Source of the DNA: a virus
Lineage: Duplodnaviria; Caudoviricetes
Virus record (IMG/VR): IMGVR_UViG_3300005611_000013
Span: 9,082 to 73,081 of that record
Length of the DNA: 64,000 nucleotides
Strand: one strand, 5' to 3'
Shown: in pieces, positions 51,041 through 62,400 of the stretch
Layout: each line of letters starts with the position of its first letter
Position numbering within the stretch: the first letter of the stretch is position 1
Translations under genes and position numbers: made by a program
The notes under the pieces: model-generated
The model's input: the letters and a program-made list of their open reading frames with translations, nothing else
Told to the model about the DNA's origin: nothing
Databases searched by the model: none

Positions 51041-54000
51041 ATGATTATTAGTAAGCAACAGCTTGTAAGTAATATCCTTACGGAACTATCGGACAATTCA
51101 ACTGGCTCAATATCACCATATGATATAAGACACAATCTTATAGACATTGTTGATTCTGTCCATCTCTTGTTAGTAGATAAGGATTTAAGCACTAATAATT
51201 TTGCGAGTTTAGATACTAGAGTAACTAAAGCTGGAAAAGAAACACTTAAAAATTACTTCGTAACAAATAGTATTAATGAAGACAATTCTGCCTTTGGCTA
51301 TTCAGCACTCAGAAATAATTTTCAAGGTGTAAAAAATACTGCGATTGGCTCAAGTGCTTTGAGTTGCAATGTTTATGGTAGTGATAACATCGCGGTTGGA
51401 TACAAAGCTGTTGAGGCTAATACCACTGGTTATGGTAATATCGGTGTTGGAAATTATACATTAGAAACTAATAAGTTTGGTCACTACAATGTAGCCATAG
51501 GTAATGCCGCTGGTTATTACATCGGAAGAAATGAAAGCTACAAACTATACATAGCTGCACATCCGGTTGACAATACGTACATATGTGATAACCCGCTTGG
51601 TTCAGGCTTGACCCCGTTAGTTCATGGTGACTTATCTGGATTAAAATTTGGAATAGCTGTTAATGACTTACATGGAGACGGAACGTTACAAGTTAGCGGT
51701 GCTATAACTCCTTCTGAAAATTCTAAATATAATCTCGGTTCACCTTCTTATCAATTTAATAGGGGTTATTTTTCAAGCGGAATTACCCTTCCAAGTGGAA
51801 CTGTGGATTTCTCCTACGCCCTATCTGGCATTGCCGTAAGCGGAGACGTTGTTCCGCTACTCAATAACTACAATAATTTGGGCACCCATGAAAATAGATG
51901 GTCTATTGGTTACTTTGATAAAGTTATTTCAAATGTCTATGAGACTGTTTCAACATGTGCTTATGAATGTAAAACACTACACCTGGGTTCTAGTGGGGTT
52001 TGTGAAGTTGACTCTCCTTGCGGTTATCTTTCTGATCAACAGTTAGAAGATGCTGGATTTTTAATACAATCAAGTGGTGCGAATAATAGCTATAGAAGAA
52101 ATTACTATTTCCAATTTAAACCACAGAATAATACATTAACATGCCTAGAAGAAGATAATGTATACTCAAGATCATCTTGGAATACAAATATAAGTATCCA
52201 TATTAGCGGTGGATCACATTTGCAGACAGATAGAGTTATTGGTAGTGGCGGTTTATCTTTAGTAACGCAGCCAGACTGTTTAGGTATCTTTATAAGAGAT
52301 GATAATAATGGCGAAAAAGTATACATAGCAAAAGAACCTGGAGCAAATCATTCATGCGCTGGCGTCGGAAATGTAAACTTTTTATACGGTTCAGTAAATG
52401 ATGCTTCCGCTTTAGGAAATTACACTATCACATATGGTGCATATCAGCCAGGGGTTGACATTGCTCAAAGATTTCTAACAAATACGAGAGTAAATCAAAT
52501 AGATAGTGAAACTGGATTATCAAAGCTTAGTGGTTTTGAGATTAAGTGCTTTGATGATTCCGATATATCTTATGAGGGGCCACTATCAGATAGATTTACA
52601 ATAAATTCTTTTGATGCAACATCCGAGCCAGTTCATAGCTTAGTAATGCTAAAGGGCGGCGATTCTGACGGTGTTTTAGGTATAAATGATTTTGGAAATG
52701 TAAGTCATTTGATGTTACCAAGCACCACGCTAAACATTAGAAGTAATAGAGACTCAATTATAAGATCCACTGCGGAAAGTGATGGATACTATAAATCATC
52801 CCTACAACTATTAGGGCACGACAACTGTTTAAATAGTGGCATTGAAATATCATACTACAATAACAGTGGCATAGCTGATATTAGTATGTATAAAGATTCT
52901 GGTCAAAATATTTTCATCAGAATGGACGAAGACGGCAAGATTGGTTTTTTTGCTGTAAGCGGCCAAATGAATGACATGATTACAATTGGTGGCTCTGGCT
53001 ATGATCAGGCAGTTGTAAGTATAAAAGAGACTACTGGCAATGTATCATCAACCGAACAGTATGGAAAGATATTTACTAAAGAATATTTCATAGCAGATAC
53101 ACAGTCATCAACCATGCACTTCGTTGACTCAAGTGGCAATCTATTCAACCTTGTAGAAAATAAGTATGATAGCACTGGCGGCTCTGTTTACGTTGATGAA
53201 AATAGAAATACATTAATTGGCATAGATAGTAATACCAATAGGACTTGGTTAGATGATTTTGGTGCTTTTGACAATACGGCTTATGGGTATGCGGCACTTA
53301 GCGAACTAGCCTCTGGTGATAGAAACACTGCCATAGGTTCTTTTGCTGCACAAACTTTGATAAGCGGCGTTTCAAATATCGCCATTGGATATAAGGCGAT
53401 GAGATTTTGCGATGCGGGTGTATCTGGTAATATAATTATTGGAAACGATTCTCTTGGGGAAAACATTGAAACTGATAACACTTTCTTAATAGGTAATGGG
53501 TCTTATCCTCTACTAAGTGGTGATTTATCTTCAAATAACAGGCATTTATTTTTACCAAATGGCAAAATGTCTATTGAAAATAGTGATATAACAGAAAGCC
53601 TTGTGTTACAAAATAACGTAATAGAAGTTGTTGACAACGGTGGTGATGATTATCCGCAAAATCAGTTAACATTTAAGTTTACTGGTAATAATACGGCTGA
53701 TCTATTTGTTCTAAAGCATTCTGGAGTTCCACTAGGCAATACTCCAACATACGAATTTGCTGACAGTGGTATTCCATATGCAGAGCTTAAAGGTGATTTA
53801 AGACTCCAAAACGCAATAAGGTTTAGTGACAATACGTCACTTAGTAGCTTTAAGGAAATAGCTTTTGCGAGCGGTTTAGCAATACAAAACTCAAATGCAT
53901 TAAGCTCCTTAGTAATAGAGGGCATAGCGCAACAAAATATTTCAATAGGAAGTTTTAATACTGCCTCTAGTGGTATTATTAGAACAAGGGGCGGATCAGA

Positions 54001-54136
54001 CGTATATGTTTACAATAGAGATCAATTCCTACAAATTAACGCAAACGATTTTGTAATAGCCATTAAAATTGATCAAGAATATAGGCCACTTTGGGTCAGC
54101 AGTGAATCCACGGCTTGCCAATGTTGCAATACTTGA
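51041..54136 (+). CDS. Tail-fibre-like protein with NTAIG-type repeats
   Basis: Repeated N(T/I/V)A(I/V/F)G motifs at aa ~80-160 and ~740-800. Confidence 0.6.
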   Translation: MIISKQQLVSNILTELSDNSTGSISPYDIRHNLIDIVDSVHLLLVDKDLSTNNFASLDTRVTKAGKETLKNYFVTNSINEDNSAFGYSALRNNFQGVKNTAIGSSALSCNVYGSDNIAVGYKAVEANTTGYGNIGVGNYTLETNKFGHYNVAIGNAAGYYIGRNESYKLYIAAHPVDNTYICDNPLGSGLTPLVHGDLSGLKFGIAVNDLHGDGTLQVSGAITPSENSKYNLGSPSYQFNRGYFSSGITLPSGTVDFSYALSGIAVSGDVVPLLNNYNNLGTHENRWSIGYFDKVISNVYETVSTCAYECKTLHLGSSGVCEVDSPCGYLSDQQLEDAGFLIQSSGANNSYRRNYYFQFKPQNNTLTCLEEDNVYSRSSWNTNISIHISGGSHLQTDRVIGSGGLSLVTQPDCLGIFIRDDNNGEKVYIAKEPGANHSCAGVGNVNFLYGSVNDASALGNYTITYGAYQPGVDIAQRFLTNTRVNQIDSETGLSKLSGFEIKCFDDSDISYEGPLSDRFTINSFDATSEPVHSLVMLKGGDSDGVLGINDFGNVSHLMLPSTTLNIRSNRDSIIRSTAESDGYYKSSLQLLGHDNCLNSGIEISYYNNSGIADISMYKDSGQNIFIRMDEDGKIGFFAVSGQMNDMITIGGSGYDQAVVSIKETTGNVSSTEQYGKIFTKEYFIADTQSSTMHFVDSSGNLFNLVENKYDSTGGSVYVDENRNTLIGIDSNTNRTWLDDFGAFDNTAYGYAALSELASGDRNTAIGSFAAQTLISGVSNIAIGYKAMRFCDAGVSGNIIIGNDSLGENIETDNTFLIGNGSYPLLSGDLSSNNRHLFLPNGKMSIENSDITESLVLQNNVIEVVDNGGDDYPQNQLTFKFTGNNTADLFVLKHSGVPLGNTPTYEFADSGIPYAELKGDLRLQNAIRFSDNTSLSSFKEIAFASGLAIQNSNALSSLVIEGIAQQNISIGSFNTASSGIIRTRGGSDVYVYNRDQFLQINANDFVIAIKIDQEYRPLWVSSESTACQCCNT

Positions 54137-54146
54137 GGAATTCAAA

Positions 54147-55781
54147 ATGGGAAGACCTAAAAGGTGTGCCAAACGACCACCGCCCTATATTTCTTATTCG
54201 GAACCGATTACTTTAACAACTACCACCACACCTTCTCCATTAGACGATCCGTCTACCTATATAATAATCCCAGAAAGTGGCGTTCCTTGCCCAAGAGAAG
54301 ATGACCCATGTCCATGTGGTAATGTTTATATACCAAAGGGTAGTGGAACAAATTATATAGTTGTTGACAATGACTATGGCAGTTGGGGCACTTATGATGA
54401 GCCCACACTCGTTGCCACGTTAAATCTATCTACCATTGATAATTATTTTCACACTAGTGATGTTTTCATTGATTCCGGCCAGCTATTTAGAACAATTGGG
54501 ATAAAGACAGGCAGTGCTGATTTTTATCTAGATAAGTTTGATCTTGAAATATTGTCAAACTTAAATAACACGGGTGATGACTACGAAGATATCCCATTCG
54601 TGATTAATAACAGGATAAAAGTTTCATTAAGAATAAAAGAGACTAATGAAGTTATTGCTGTTAAATACATTGGGTCAAATGGTTCGCAAACCATAATTAG
54701 CAACATTATACTTGAAGGCTGTGACTTTGTTAGAAAAGCAAATTTGTTAGATAAAACTTTGTTACTAGAAATATATAGTGTTTGTGATTTTGAAACTCAA
54801 AAATGTTTACCAAATGCTAGTTTGACCACGGTAACAACGACTACTACAACAACAACTACAACGGAGGGGCCAGGAACTACAACAACCACAAGCACAACTG
54901 GACAACCAGGAACCACAACAACCACAAGCACAACTGGAGAGCCCGGAGCTACGACGACTACAACAACTACTGAAGAGTTAATATTTATTGAATGTTTTAG
55001 CTGCGTTGAAGATGGATCTTGTTCTTCTGATTTTTATGGCCCGTATCCAGTCGGTTCTAACGCATATACTATTTGCTCTTCTCTTGGTATGTATTCAACA
55101 TTAGAAGATTGCGACCAAAATTGTATACCTTCAACCACAACTACCACAAGCACTACAACTACTACAATATCTCCATGTTTACAGCAATTAACTTATCCAG
55201 CTTTTGGTGAAGAATTTACATCAAGTACTGGCGGAATATTCCCAAGAAGTATTCAGGATTGTGATGATATAGTTGAAGGCCCGTATGTATTCCTAAAACC
55301 TAGTGGCGACCATCCTTTATTTATAACTATCTTTGATGGAAATTCTGGCGATAATATTTGTTTTGACGAATTTATACAGCCCATAATAAGAATTTCTGGT
55401 GGAATTTGGGACACTAGCTTACCAACTGGAGATCCAAGTGCTATAGATGTTTTTTATGAGAACAGTCAGTTAAGATTTGCAACTTTATTAACAAACTGCT
55501 CATCGCCCGGTCCTCCATTTACCGATTATCCTTGGAGATATCTAGAAACAGACACTCTTAATAGTGGTGTGTATTACTTTGGTTGTTATCTCATAGACGA
55601 CAACTTGCCATGCCCAACCACAACGAGCACTAGCACAACATCCACCACCGCTGACGTAACAACGAGCACTAGCACAACATCCACTACCTCTAGTATAGAA
55701 TCCAGCGAAAATACAACCTCTTCAACAACTTTAGCACCAACAACTTATGACCCAGGTTCTTCTACAACGTTTCCACCTTAA
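54147..55781 (+). CDS. Thr-rich, Cys-containing structural protein
   Basis: Several poly-Thr/Ser linkers (TTTTTSTTGQPG repeats) separating Cys-rich domains. Confidence 0.7.
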   Translation: MGRPKRCAKRPPPYISYSEPITLTTTTTPSPLDDPSTYIIIPESGVPCPREDDPCPCGNVYIPKGSGTNYIVVDNDYGSWGTYDEPTLVATLNLSTIDNYFHTSDVFIDSGQLFRTIGIKTGSADFYLDKFDLEILSNLNNTGDDYEDIPFVINNRIKVSLRIKETNEVIAVKYIGSNGSQTIISNIILEGCDFVRKANLLDKTLLLEIYSVCDFETQKCLPNASLTTVTTTTTTTTTTEGPGTTTTTSTTGQPGTTTTTSTTGEPGATTTTTTTEELIFIECFSCVEDGSCSSDFYGPYPVGSNAYTICSSLGMYSTLEDCDQNCIPSTTTTTSTTTTTISPCLQQLTYPAFGEEFTSSTGGIFPRSIQDCDDIVEGPYVFLKPSGDHPLFITIFDGNSGDNICFDEFIQPIIRISGGIWDTSLPTGDPSAIDVFYENSQLRFATLLTNCSSPGPPFTDYPWRYLETDTLNSGVYYFGCYLIDDNLPCPTTTSTSTTSTTADVTTSTSTTSTTSSIESSENTTSSTTLAPTTYDPGSSTTFPP

Positions 55782-55870
55782 TAATAACTTCTTTATGAGC
55801 TGTAAAGTTTGAAATTAGTGTAAACAATAATATAGATAATATTCCACTGGATTGATCGGAAAGGTTTTAT

Positions 55871-57175
55871 ATGTTAGTACTTTCAGATAGAGTTAAACAA
55901 ACTTCTATTACCAGTGGAAGCGGGACTCTTACATTAAACGATACATTTGGTGGATTTCAGTCCTTTGCCAATGCGATTGGTAATGGGAATGTTACGTATT
56001 ACACAATTGAAAATGGCTCCAATTACGAAGTTGGCGTTGGAACTTATAATTCTAACACTCTTTCTAGGGATTTAGTTCTTAATAGCAGCAACAATAACGA
56101 ACGCATTGACCTTGAGGGCGTTTCAATTGTATTCTGCACATATCCCGCAGACTACTCTTTCTTATTAAACCAACAGGGCCATGCTTCTGGTCAAATGCCG
56201 CATTATAGTGGCATCGCCTTTCCAGATGGTACAACTCAAACTTCCGCAGCCCTTCAATCTTTTGAAGGGCAAGAAAACACATTAGCATATTGGTCTAGTA
56301 CATCTTCTTTATCAAATATTGATGAAATTGTTTGGAGTCCATCAAGTAGTGGACTTTTTATAGATGCCGATGTTGATATTTCTGGATCTTTAGAGGCAAG
56401 AAACACTTGGTTTTATAGAGATAGTGCTGGGTGTTTTTTCCACGCATATGTAGATAACACATATGATAATATGGTCGCCCTGCATTCAAATAATAGCACA
56501 AGTCCAACTTGGAAACTTGGCATAAAACCATATTCTGAGAATTTTACAACGGAGCCAATATACGGCTGGGTTGAGGGAACTAATGGTCGCATTTCCCTAA
56601 ATGCAAATTCATCAACAAAAATAATAGTTGACTACAATCACGGTTTTTCTTTTACCCAGCAATCAAACAGCATATTAGTTTCAGAAATTGACACTGGAAC
56701 AATAATACACAATATAAATTCAGCAACAGTTCCGCTAACAGTAAAGGGTGCCGCAGCACAATCTGAAAATCTACAGGAGTGGACCGATTATTCAGACTCT
56801 GTTGTTGCAAGCGTTAGTTCAAGCGGGCAAATAGATATTTCAAGCATAAAGTTTCCAGACAGTACAGTGCAGACTACGGCATTTAGAGCTACTCAGGTTT
56901 ATTACAAGACAATAACATCCTCTACATATTTAGACCCCTTAGACGATGTTGTATTTGCAGATTGTTCATCTTCATCAATTAATATAGTTTTGCCAACAGC
57001 TTCTGGCGTTGGTGGCAAGAAGATAATCATAAAAAGAAAAGCTGGCGGTCTTAAAGAACTCACCATTTCACCTTCTGGATCTGAAGAATTAGATAGTTCT
57101 ACTATTTTCAACATGCCCTACGATAATCAGTCAATAACTGTAATATCTGACAATTCAAACTGGTTTATTATTTAG
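55871..57175 (+). CDS. Tail-fibre-like protein
   Basis: SDRVKQTSITSGSGTLTL N-terminus; C-terminal IVLPTASGVGGKKIIIKRK module. Confidence 0.65.
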   Translation: MLVLSDRVKQTSITSGSGTLTLNDTFGGFQSFANAIGNGNVTYYTIENGSNYEVGVGTYNSNTLSRDLVLNSSNNNERIDLEGVSIVFCTYPADYSFLLNQQGHASGQMPHYSGIAFPDGTTQTSAALQSFEGQENTLAYWSSTSSLSNIDEIVWSPSSSGLFIDADVDISGSLEARNTWFYRDSAGCFFHAYVDNTYDNMVALHSNNSTSPTWKLGIKPYSENFTTEPIYGWVEGTNGRISLNANSSTKIIVDYNHGFSFTQQSNSILVSEIDTGTIIHNINSATVPLTVKGAAAQSENLQEWTDYSDSVVASVSSSGQIDISSIKFPDSTVQTTAFRATQVYYKTITSSTYLDPLDDVVFADCSSSSINIVLPTASGVGGKKIIIKRKAGGLKELTISPSGSEELDSSTIFNMPYDNQSITVISDNSNWFII

Positions 57176-57231
57176 TGTATAAAATCTTAGACACATCGCA
57201 AAACGCACCACCAAAATAACGGAGAGAAATA

Positions 57232-59442
57232 ATGTCATATAATCCAAGCGAAAATTACCCAGATGGTAACTTGAGAAATCCTTCAGGTATTGTGTTTTTT
57301 GGAAAAGATCCATCAAAACCAATGCTAGATTCAGCAAGTAATTTCATTGTTGATGAAGACAATTCACAGCTTAAAGTTCCAAACATCCTATTAAGCACTG
57401 GGAATATTGGTGTAGTTGACAATACCAATGCTATTAATATTGCTTCAAATCTTGTTACTTTTGCTACTGGCGTTAAGATTGAGGGCGATCTTGTAGTAAA
57501 TGGGGAAACTGTTACGGTAAATACAGAAACAGTAACTATTAATGATAATATTCTCGTACTAAATAATAATGCTTCTGGCACTCCAACTGAAGATGCTGGT
57601 ATTGAGGTTGAAAGAGGTGATTCTAATAACGTAAAGATTTTCTGGGATGAGTCAAATGATTATTGGGCTGTTTCAGGTGCAGATAATATTGAATATGAAC
57701 TCGCAACACGTACCGGTGTTCAGGAATTTTTAAATAAGACAATTGATGGCGATCTTAATACATTTCAAAATATTCCAAATTCAGGTCTTACAAATTCAAC
57801 AATCGGCGTTAGTGCTGGTGACGGTTTAACCGGCGGTGGCACCCCAGCCCTTGGTGGTAGTACAACTCTAAACGTTGGTGCTGGCAATGGTATTACTGTT
57901 GCTGCCAATAGCGTTTCCGTAACGCCTGGAACTGGAATTGTTGTAAACGGAGATGGCGTTCATGTTGGAAGCGGTGTTATTGCACAGCAATCATTTATAC
58001 TTGGCACTAACGTTCTTCCAAACAATGATACGTTATTAATTCTTGACTCAGGCGCGGGATTAAAACAAATAACTGTCAATGAATTAATTGCCGGTGCGGA
58101 TCTTCTCACTGAATTTACTGTAAGTGGCGCAACAACAACGGACGTTTCAACGCTAAGTGAAAGTGAGAGATTGGTATTTGCTAAGGGTACCGGTGCTAAT
58201 GCTGGCGTCATTCCTGTTGTTTCAACCGATGGTGCTGGCAATCCCGTCATCACAATGGATGTTGATACCACTTTAATTAACGGGAGACAAGAAGCCAATT
58301 TTAATGAAAATGACCTACTTCTTTTCTATGATTCTGATAGTGCTGGACTTCGCGCGGTAACACAGCAGCAACTTATTTCTGATCTTGCTGGTTCAATTAG
58401 CGGAGTTGAGGGTAGCGGTGAAAACCCAGGCATTATGAGTTTCTGGGCTTTGTCGGACGGCACTCCTAATGATGATAATCATGTTGCATTAGTATATAAC
58501 TTAACTACGCTTACAATGCAAGGTGTAAGTGGTGTTAATGTAAATGTAAACGGTCCTTATGATCAAGTTAAAATTGGATTAGAACCAACCGCCGTTACAA
58601 CTGGAACGTATGGAGATGCAAATTCGGTAGGATCATTTACCGTTGATCAAAATGGTAGAATAACAGGAGCTAGTAGTGTTGATATTAGCATTCCAACAAC
58701 TCAGATTACAAATTTCGCAACAGATGTAGAAAGTGCAATCTTCACTACTGGTAATTTCTTAGATAGTTCAACTATAGATTTCACAGTAGCTGGTGGAACA
58801 AGTGTTTCTGGCGATGTTAGAGCTGCTTCTATAAATGAAACACATATTAACAGTAGCTCTTTTTCTACTACAGGTGGTTTATTAGGTGGTAGTAATACAA
58901 AGATATCTGTAAAGGCTGGAGATGCTATCACAGTTAATTCAACGGGCGTATCTGTTACTAATGATGGAATTACGAACGCTAAACTTAGAAATTCTTCTGC
59001 TCTATCTGTTATCGGTAGAAGTTCTAATAGTGTTGGTGATCCAGCAGATATTACCGCAGGTACAGATGGCTATGTGCTTAGAAGATCTGGTACAACTTTA
59101 GGATTTGGTCAGGTTGTAAATTCTGGACTAGCAGATGATTCTGTAACAGAGTCAAAAATTTTAAGATCTATTCAAGAAGCTACAACGAGCGTTGTTGCAA
59201 CCGGCGATATAATTCTTTGTACTGGTGGCGGTGGAGGTATTACGATCACTCTACCAGCAGTATCTAGTAATAGTGGAAGAGTTATGTCTATCAAGAAAAT
59301 TGACAGTAATGCTGGACAAATTATTATAGATGGTAACGGAACTGAAACAATTGACGGTGCCCAAACGAAAAGACTTTACTATGAAAACGAGTCTATGACA
59401 CTAGTAGCTTATCCTAGTGCAACTGGATGGTACATTATTTAG
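57232..59442 (+). CDS. Tail-fibre-like protein
   Basis: Gly/Thr-rich; VNTETVTINDNILVLN...AGIEVERG motif; same C-terminal ITLPAV...IKKID module as the preceding gene. Confidence 0.7.
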   Translation: MSYNPSENYPDGNLRNPSGIVFFGKDPSKPMLDSASNFIVDEDNSQLKVPNILLSTGNIGVVDNTNAINIASNLVTFATGVKIEGDLVVNGETVTVNTETVTINDNILVLNNNASGTPTEDAGIEVERGDSNNVKIFWDESNDYWAVSGADNIEYELATRTGVQEFLNKTIDGDLNTFQNIPNSGLTNSTIGVSAGDGLTGGGTPALGGSTTLNVGAGNGITVAANSVSVTPGTGIVVNGDGVHVGSGVIAQQSFILGTNVLPNNDTLLILDSGAGLKQITVNELIAGADLLTEFTVSGATTTDVSTLSESERLVFAKGTGANAGVIPVVSTDGAGNPVITMDVDTTLINGRQEANFNENDLLLFYDSDSAGLRAVTQQQLISDLAGSISGVEGSGENPGIMSFWALSDGTPNDDNHVALVYNLTTLTMQGVSGVNVNVNGPYDQVKIGLEPTAVTTGTYGDANSVGSFTVDQNGRITGASSVDISIPTTQITNFATDVESAIFTTGNFLDSSTIDFTVAGGTSVSGDVRAASINETHINSSSFSTTGGLLGGSNTKISVKAGDAITVNSTGVSVTNDGITNAKLRNSSALSVIGRSSNSVGDPADITAGTDGYVLRRSGTTLGFGQVVNSGLADDSVTESKILRSIQEATTSVVATGDIILCTGGGGGITITLPAVSSNSGRVMSIKKIDSNAGQIIIDGNGTETIDGAQTKRLYYENESMTLVAYPSATGWYII

Positions 59443-59454
59443 TTTAGGATTAAT

Positions 59455-62400
59455 ATGCAGAATATAACTCTACAAACGTCAGATAGCGGCCTGACAGCTA
59501 ATGAAAAGTTGGGCCGTCTATCTTTCGCTGCGTCTAATGAAAGCAGCGGTTCTGATTCTATTTTGGTCGCGGCAAGCGTTTACGCTATGGCCGAGTCTGA
59601 ATTCACGGTATCCTCAAATGCAACTTCTATTGTATTTTCAACGGCTTCAAGTGAAGAGGCTGTTGATAAATTAAAGATTACAAGTGGGGGGCATTTTATT
59701 CCCGTTACTAACAATGTTTATGACATTGGAAGTTCTACAAATAATTTCCGAAATGTTTATGCTACTAGCGGTGTTTTTGACATTGTTTCTTTTGATACCA
59801 ATATTGAGCCAGATCTTCTTAAAGGTCAGATGTCATGGAACGACACTGAGGGCACCGTAAACATTGCGTTAACGGACACTGTTGATATTCATATTGGTGA
59901 ACATTCTTTCTTTAGAGTGAGAAATGAAACGGGAGGTGTCTTATACAAGGGGCAAGTTGTTTATGCGAGCGGCGTTCATGCTAATGGTATAATATTACCA
60001 GACTTATATGTCGCTGATGCAACAGTTAGAGAAGTCCGATTTATGGGCTTTATGTTAGAAAGCCTTAACAATAATAATAACGGCTACGCTATTCAGTTTG
60101 GACACATAAAAGAAATAGATACTAGAGGTAGTGTAGCTAGTAATATCGCGGTTGGAGATGAAACATGGGCGGATGGTGACCTTCTTTATGTTCATCCAAC
60201 AGTGCCCGGTAAATTAACAAATGTTGAGCCAAAACATTCTATAATAGCTGCTATTATTTTAGATGCTGCAAATAATGGCTCTATATTTGTAAGACCAATT
60301 TCTTACGGCCATCTATCTGATAATCATGACGTAGACGTTGAGGGTTTAGTAAATAATAATTTCTTAGTCTGGAATAGTGATACGGAATATTGGCACCCAA
60401 GCTCTGGACTTACATATAACGACTCTAGTATTTATATTGACGGAAATCTTTTTGTCAATGGAAGTGGGATAATCTCTGACATTGCGATAGTTGATAATAC
60501 CATAAGCTCTTTAAGCGGTGATTTACTACTATTTCCCGAATGTAGCGGGTACGTTGGCGTTAATACTAATGATCCCAATTCAATGCTACATGTTTACTCT
60601 TCTACAAGTGGAGATAATGTATTCAACGTAGAGGGTACAAACGGTTCGTTATTTAGCGTAGTTGATAATTTGAGCGGAACGCTCATGAGTGTTAATACTA
60701 TTGCTGGATTACCCGTCTTCCAAGTTAACTCTGACTACTCTATAGTTGGAGGTAGGTTTAATCAGAATGATTTCGTCATCACCACAAGTGGCGATGTCGG
60801 TATTGGAACGGCTTCGCCATCTGAAAAGTTGCATGTTGCTGGCGATGTTCAAATAGATGGGGGCGGTGGAACTATTGCAGGGGCTACTTTTGATAACGGT
60901 TTACTCAAAATTGGAACATCTTCTAATGGAATATCTATTGACACTAACGAAATTTATGGTGCCACTGATTTATATTTAGGAAGTTTGGATTCGGCTTATG
61001 CTATTGTTTTTAGGCATGGGGTTACAGAGAGAATGAGAGTCGCTTCTGGGGGAAATGTTGGTATCGGAACCACCTCCCCAGAACAAAAACTTCACATTAA
61101 CGACGGTAATGTTAAAGTTGAAAATGTAACAAACCCAACTATAGAATATGATAACGGCTCTGCTGTTAAAGCTAAAACTTATTATGACACTACAAATGAA
61201 ACCTTTGTTCTAAAACATAACTCTGTAAGTGGAGATGAACAGCTTGTATTAACCAGCGGCGGTAATGTTGGGGTTGGTACAAATTCGCCCAATGCAATTC
61301 TACACGCCTATGGCTCTACACCTAGCGGGACTGTTTTTAACGTTGAAGGAACAAACGGGTCATTATTTAGCGTTGTAGATAATCTTAGTGGCGTTTTAAT
61401 GAGCGTGAATAATAATGCGGGCTTGCCTGTATTTGAGGTTTACGACGATGACTCAATCATCGCTGGGCGGTTCGCCCAGAATGATTTCGTTATTACATCA
61501 AGTGGTGATATCGGAATGGGGACAGCTTCTCCTTCGGGTAAATTAGACATTCGTTATCCAGCAAATGATGGAATGTTTCTAGTTAAAGATACAGACAGTA
61601 CTGATGGAGTATTTATAGGAGATATTGGTAGTAGTGTATATCAGGGAATTAAACATATTAGCCATACTGGAGCTAATGATTTTTGGATTAGAGCGTCAAC
61701 AGACGGAGATACAATATTTTCTTCTAAAGCTAGTACTAACTTATATCTAAGAAGCGGTGGAAATAATAGTAATTCAGAAATATTATTAACTTCTACAGAA
61801 GTAATAGTAAACAATAATAGTTCTAATCTTGATTTCAGAGTAGAGTCAAATAATAATGCTAATATGTTGTTTGTTGACGGCGTTACAGATAGGGTTGGTA
61901 TTGGGACTGGTAGTCCTGGTGCCCCATTGGAAGTCAAGGTAAATCGCACAAGTTCAACCAATGCATCCGTATTAATACTTAGCGATAATGTAACTGGAGC
62001 ACAGACAAATGGTGTCTATAAAGCTATTCGTTCACTTAGTAATAACGGGGCTTCAAGATCTGAGATCAGATTCTTAGAGACTGACGGAACTAATAACAAT
62101 ACATCTATTGCATTCGCAACGGCACCATCTGCCGCCAGCTTAGATGAGCGTATGCGTATTTCTAACAACGGCAATGTTGGCATAGGTATAACCTCTCCAA
62201 CATCTAAGCTCCACGTTGCTGGTGACGGCAATATTACCGGTAATGTTATAGTTGGTGGAAATCTCACAATTCTCGGCACAACAGTAACAGCCGATGTTGA
62301 TAGAATGGAAGTTGAAGATCCGATTATTACACTGGGCCTTGCTAGCGGAAACGTTGTTACGGATACGAATCTTGATCGCGGACTTGCCCTTACTCGTTCT

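Larger units (their letters stand above)
37620..57184 (+). promoter_or_regulatory. Putative late-promoter motif NGTGTATWA
   Basis: TGTGTATAAT at 37620, 47213, 50294; TGTGTATTAA at 45131; AGTGTATAAA at 57174; AGTGTAAACA at 55817. Each precedes a plus-strand late gene. Confidence 0.7.

Noticed and set aside
60600-61560. Diversity-generating retroelement TR/VR pair in the tail fibre
   Set aside because: Both copies are in-frame coding, the differences are not confined to adenines, and no reverse transcriptase is in the window.
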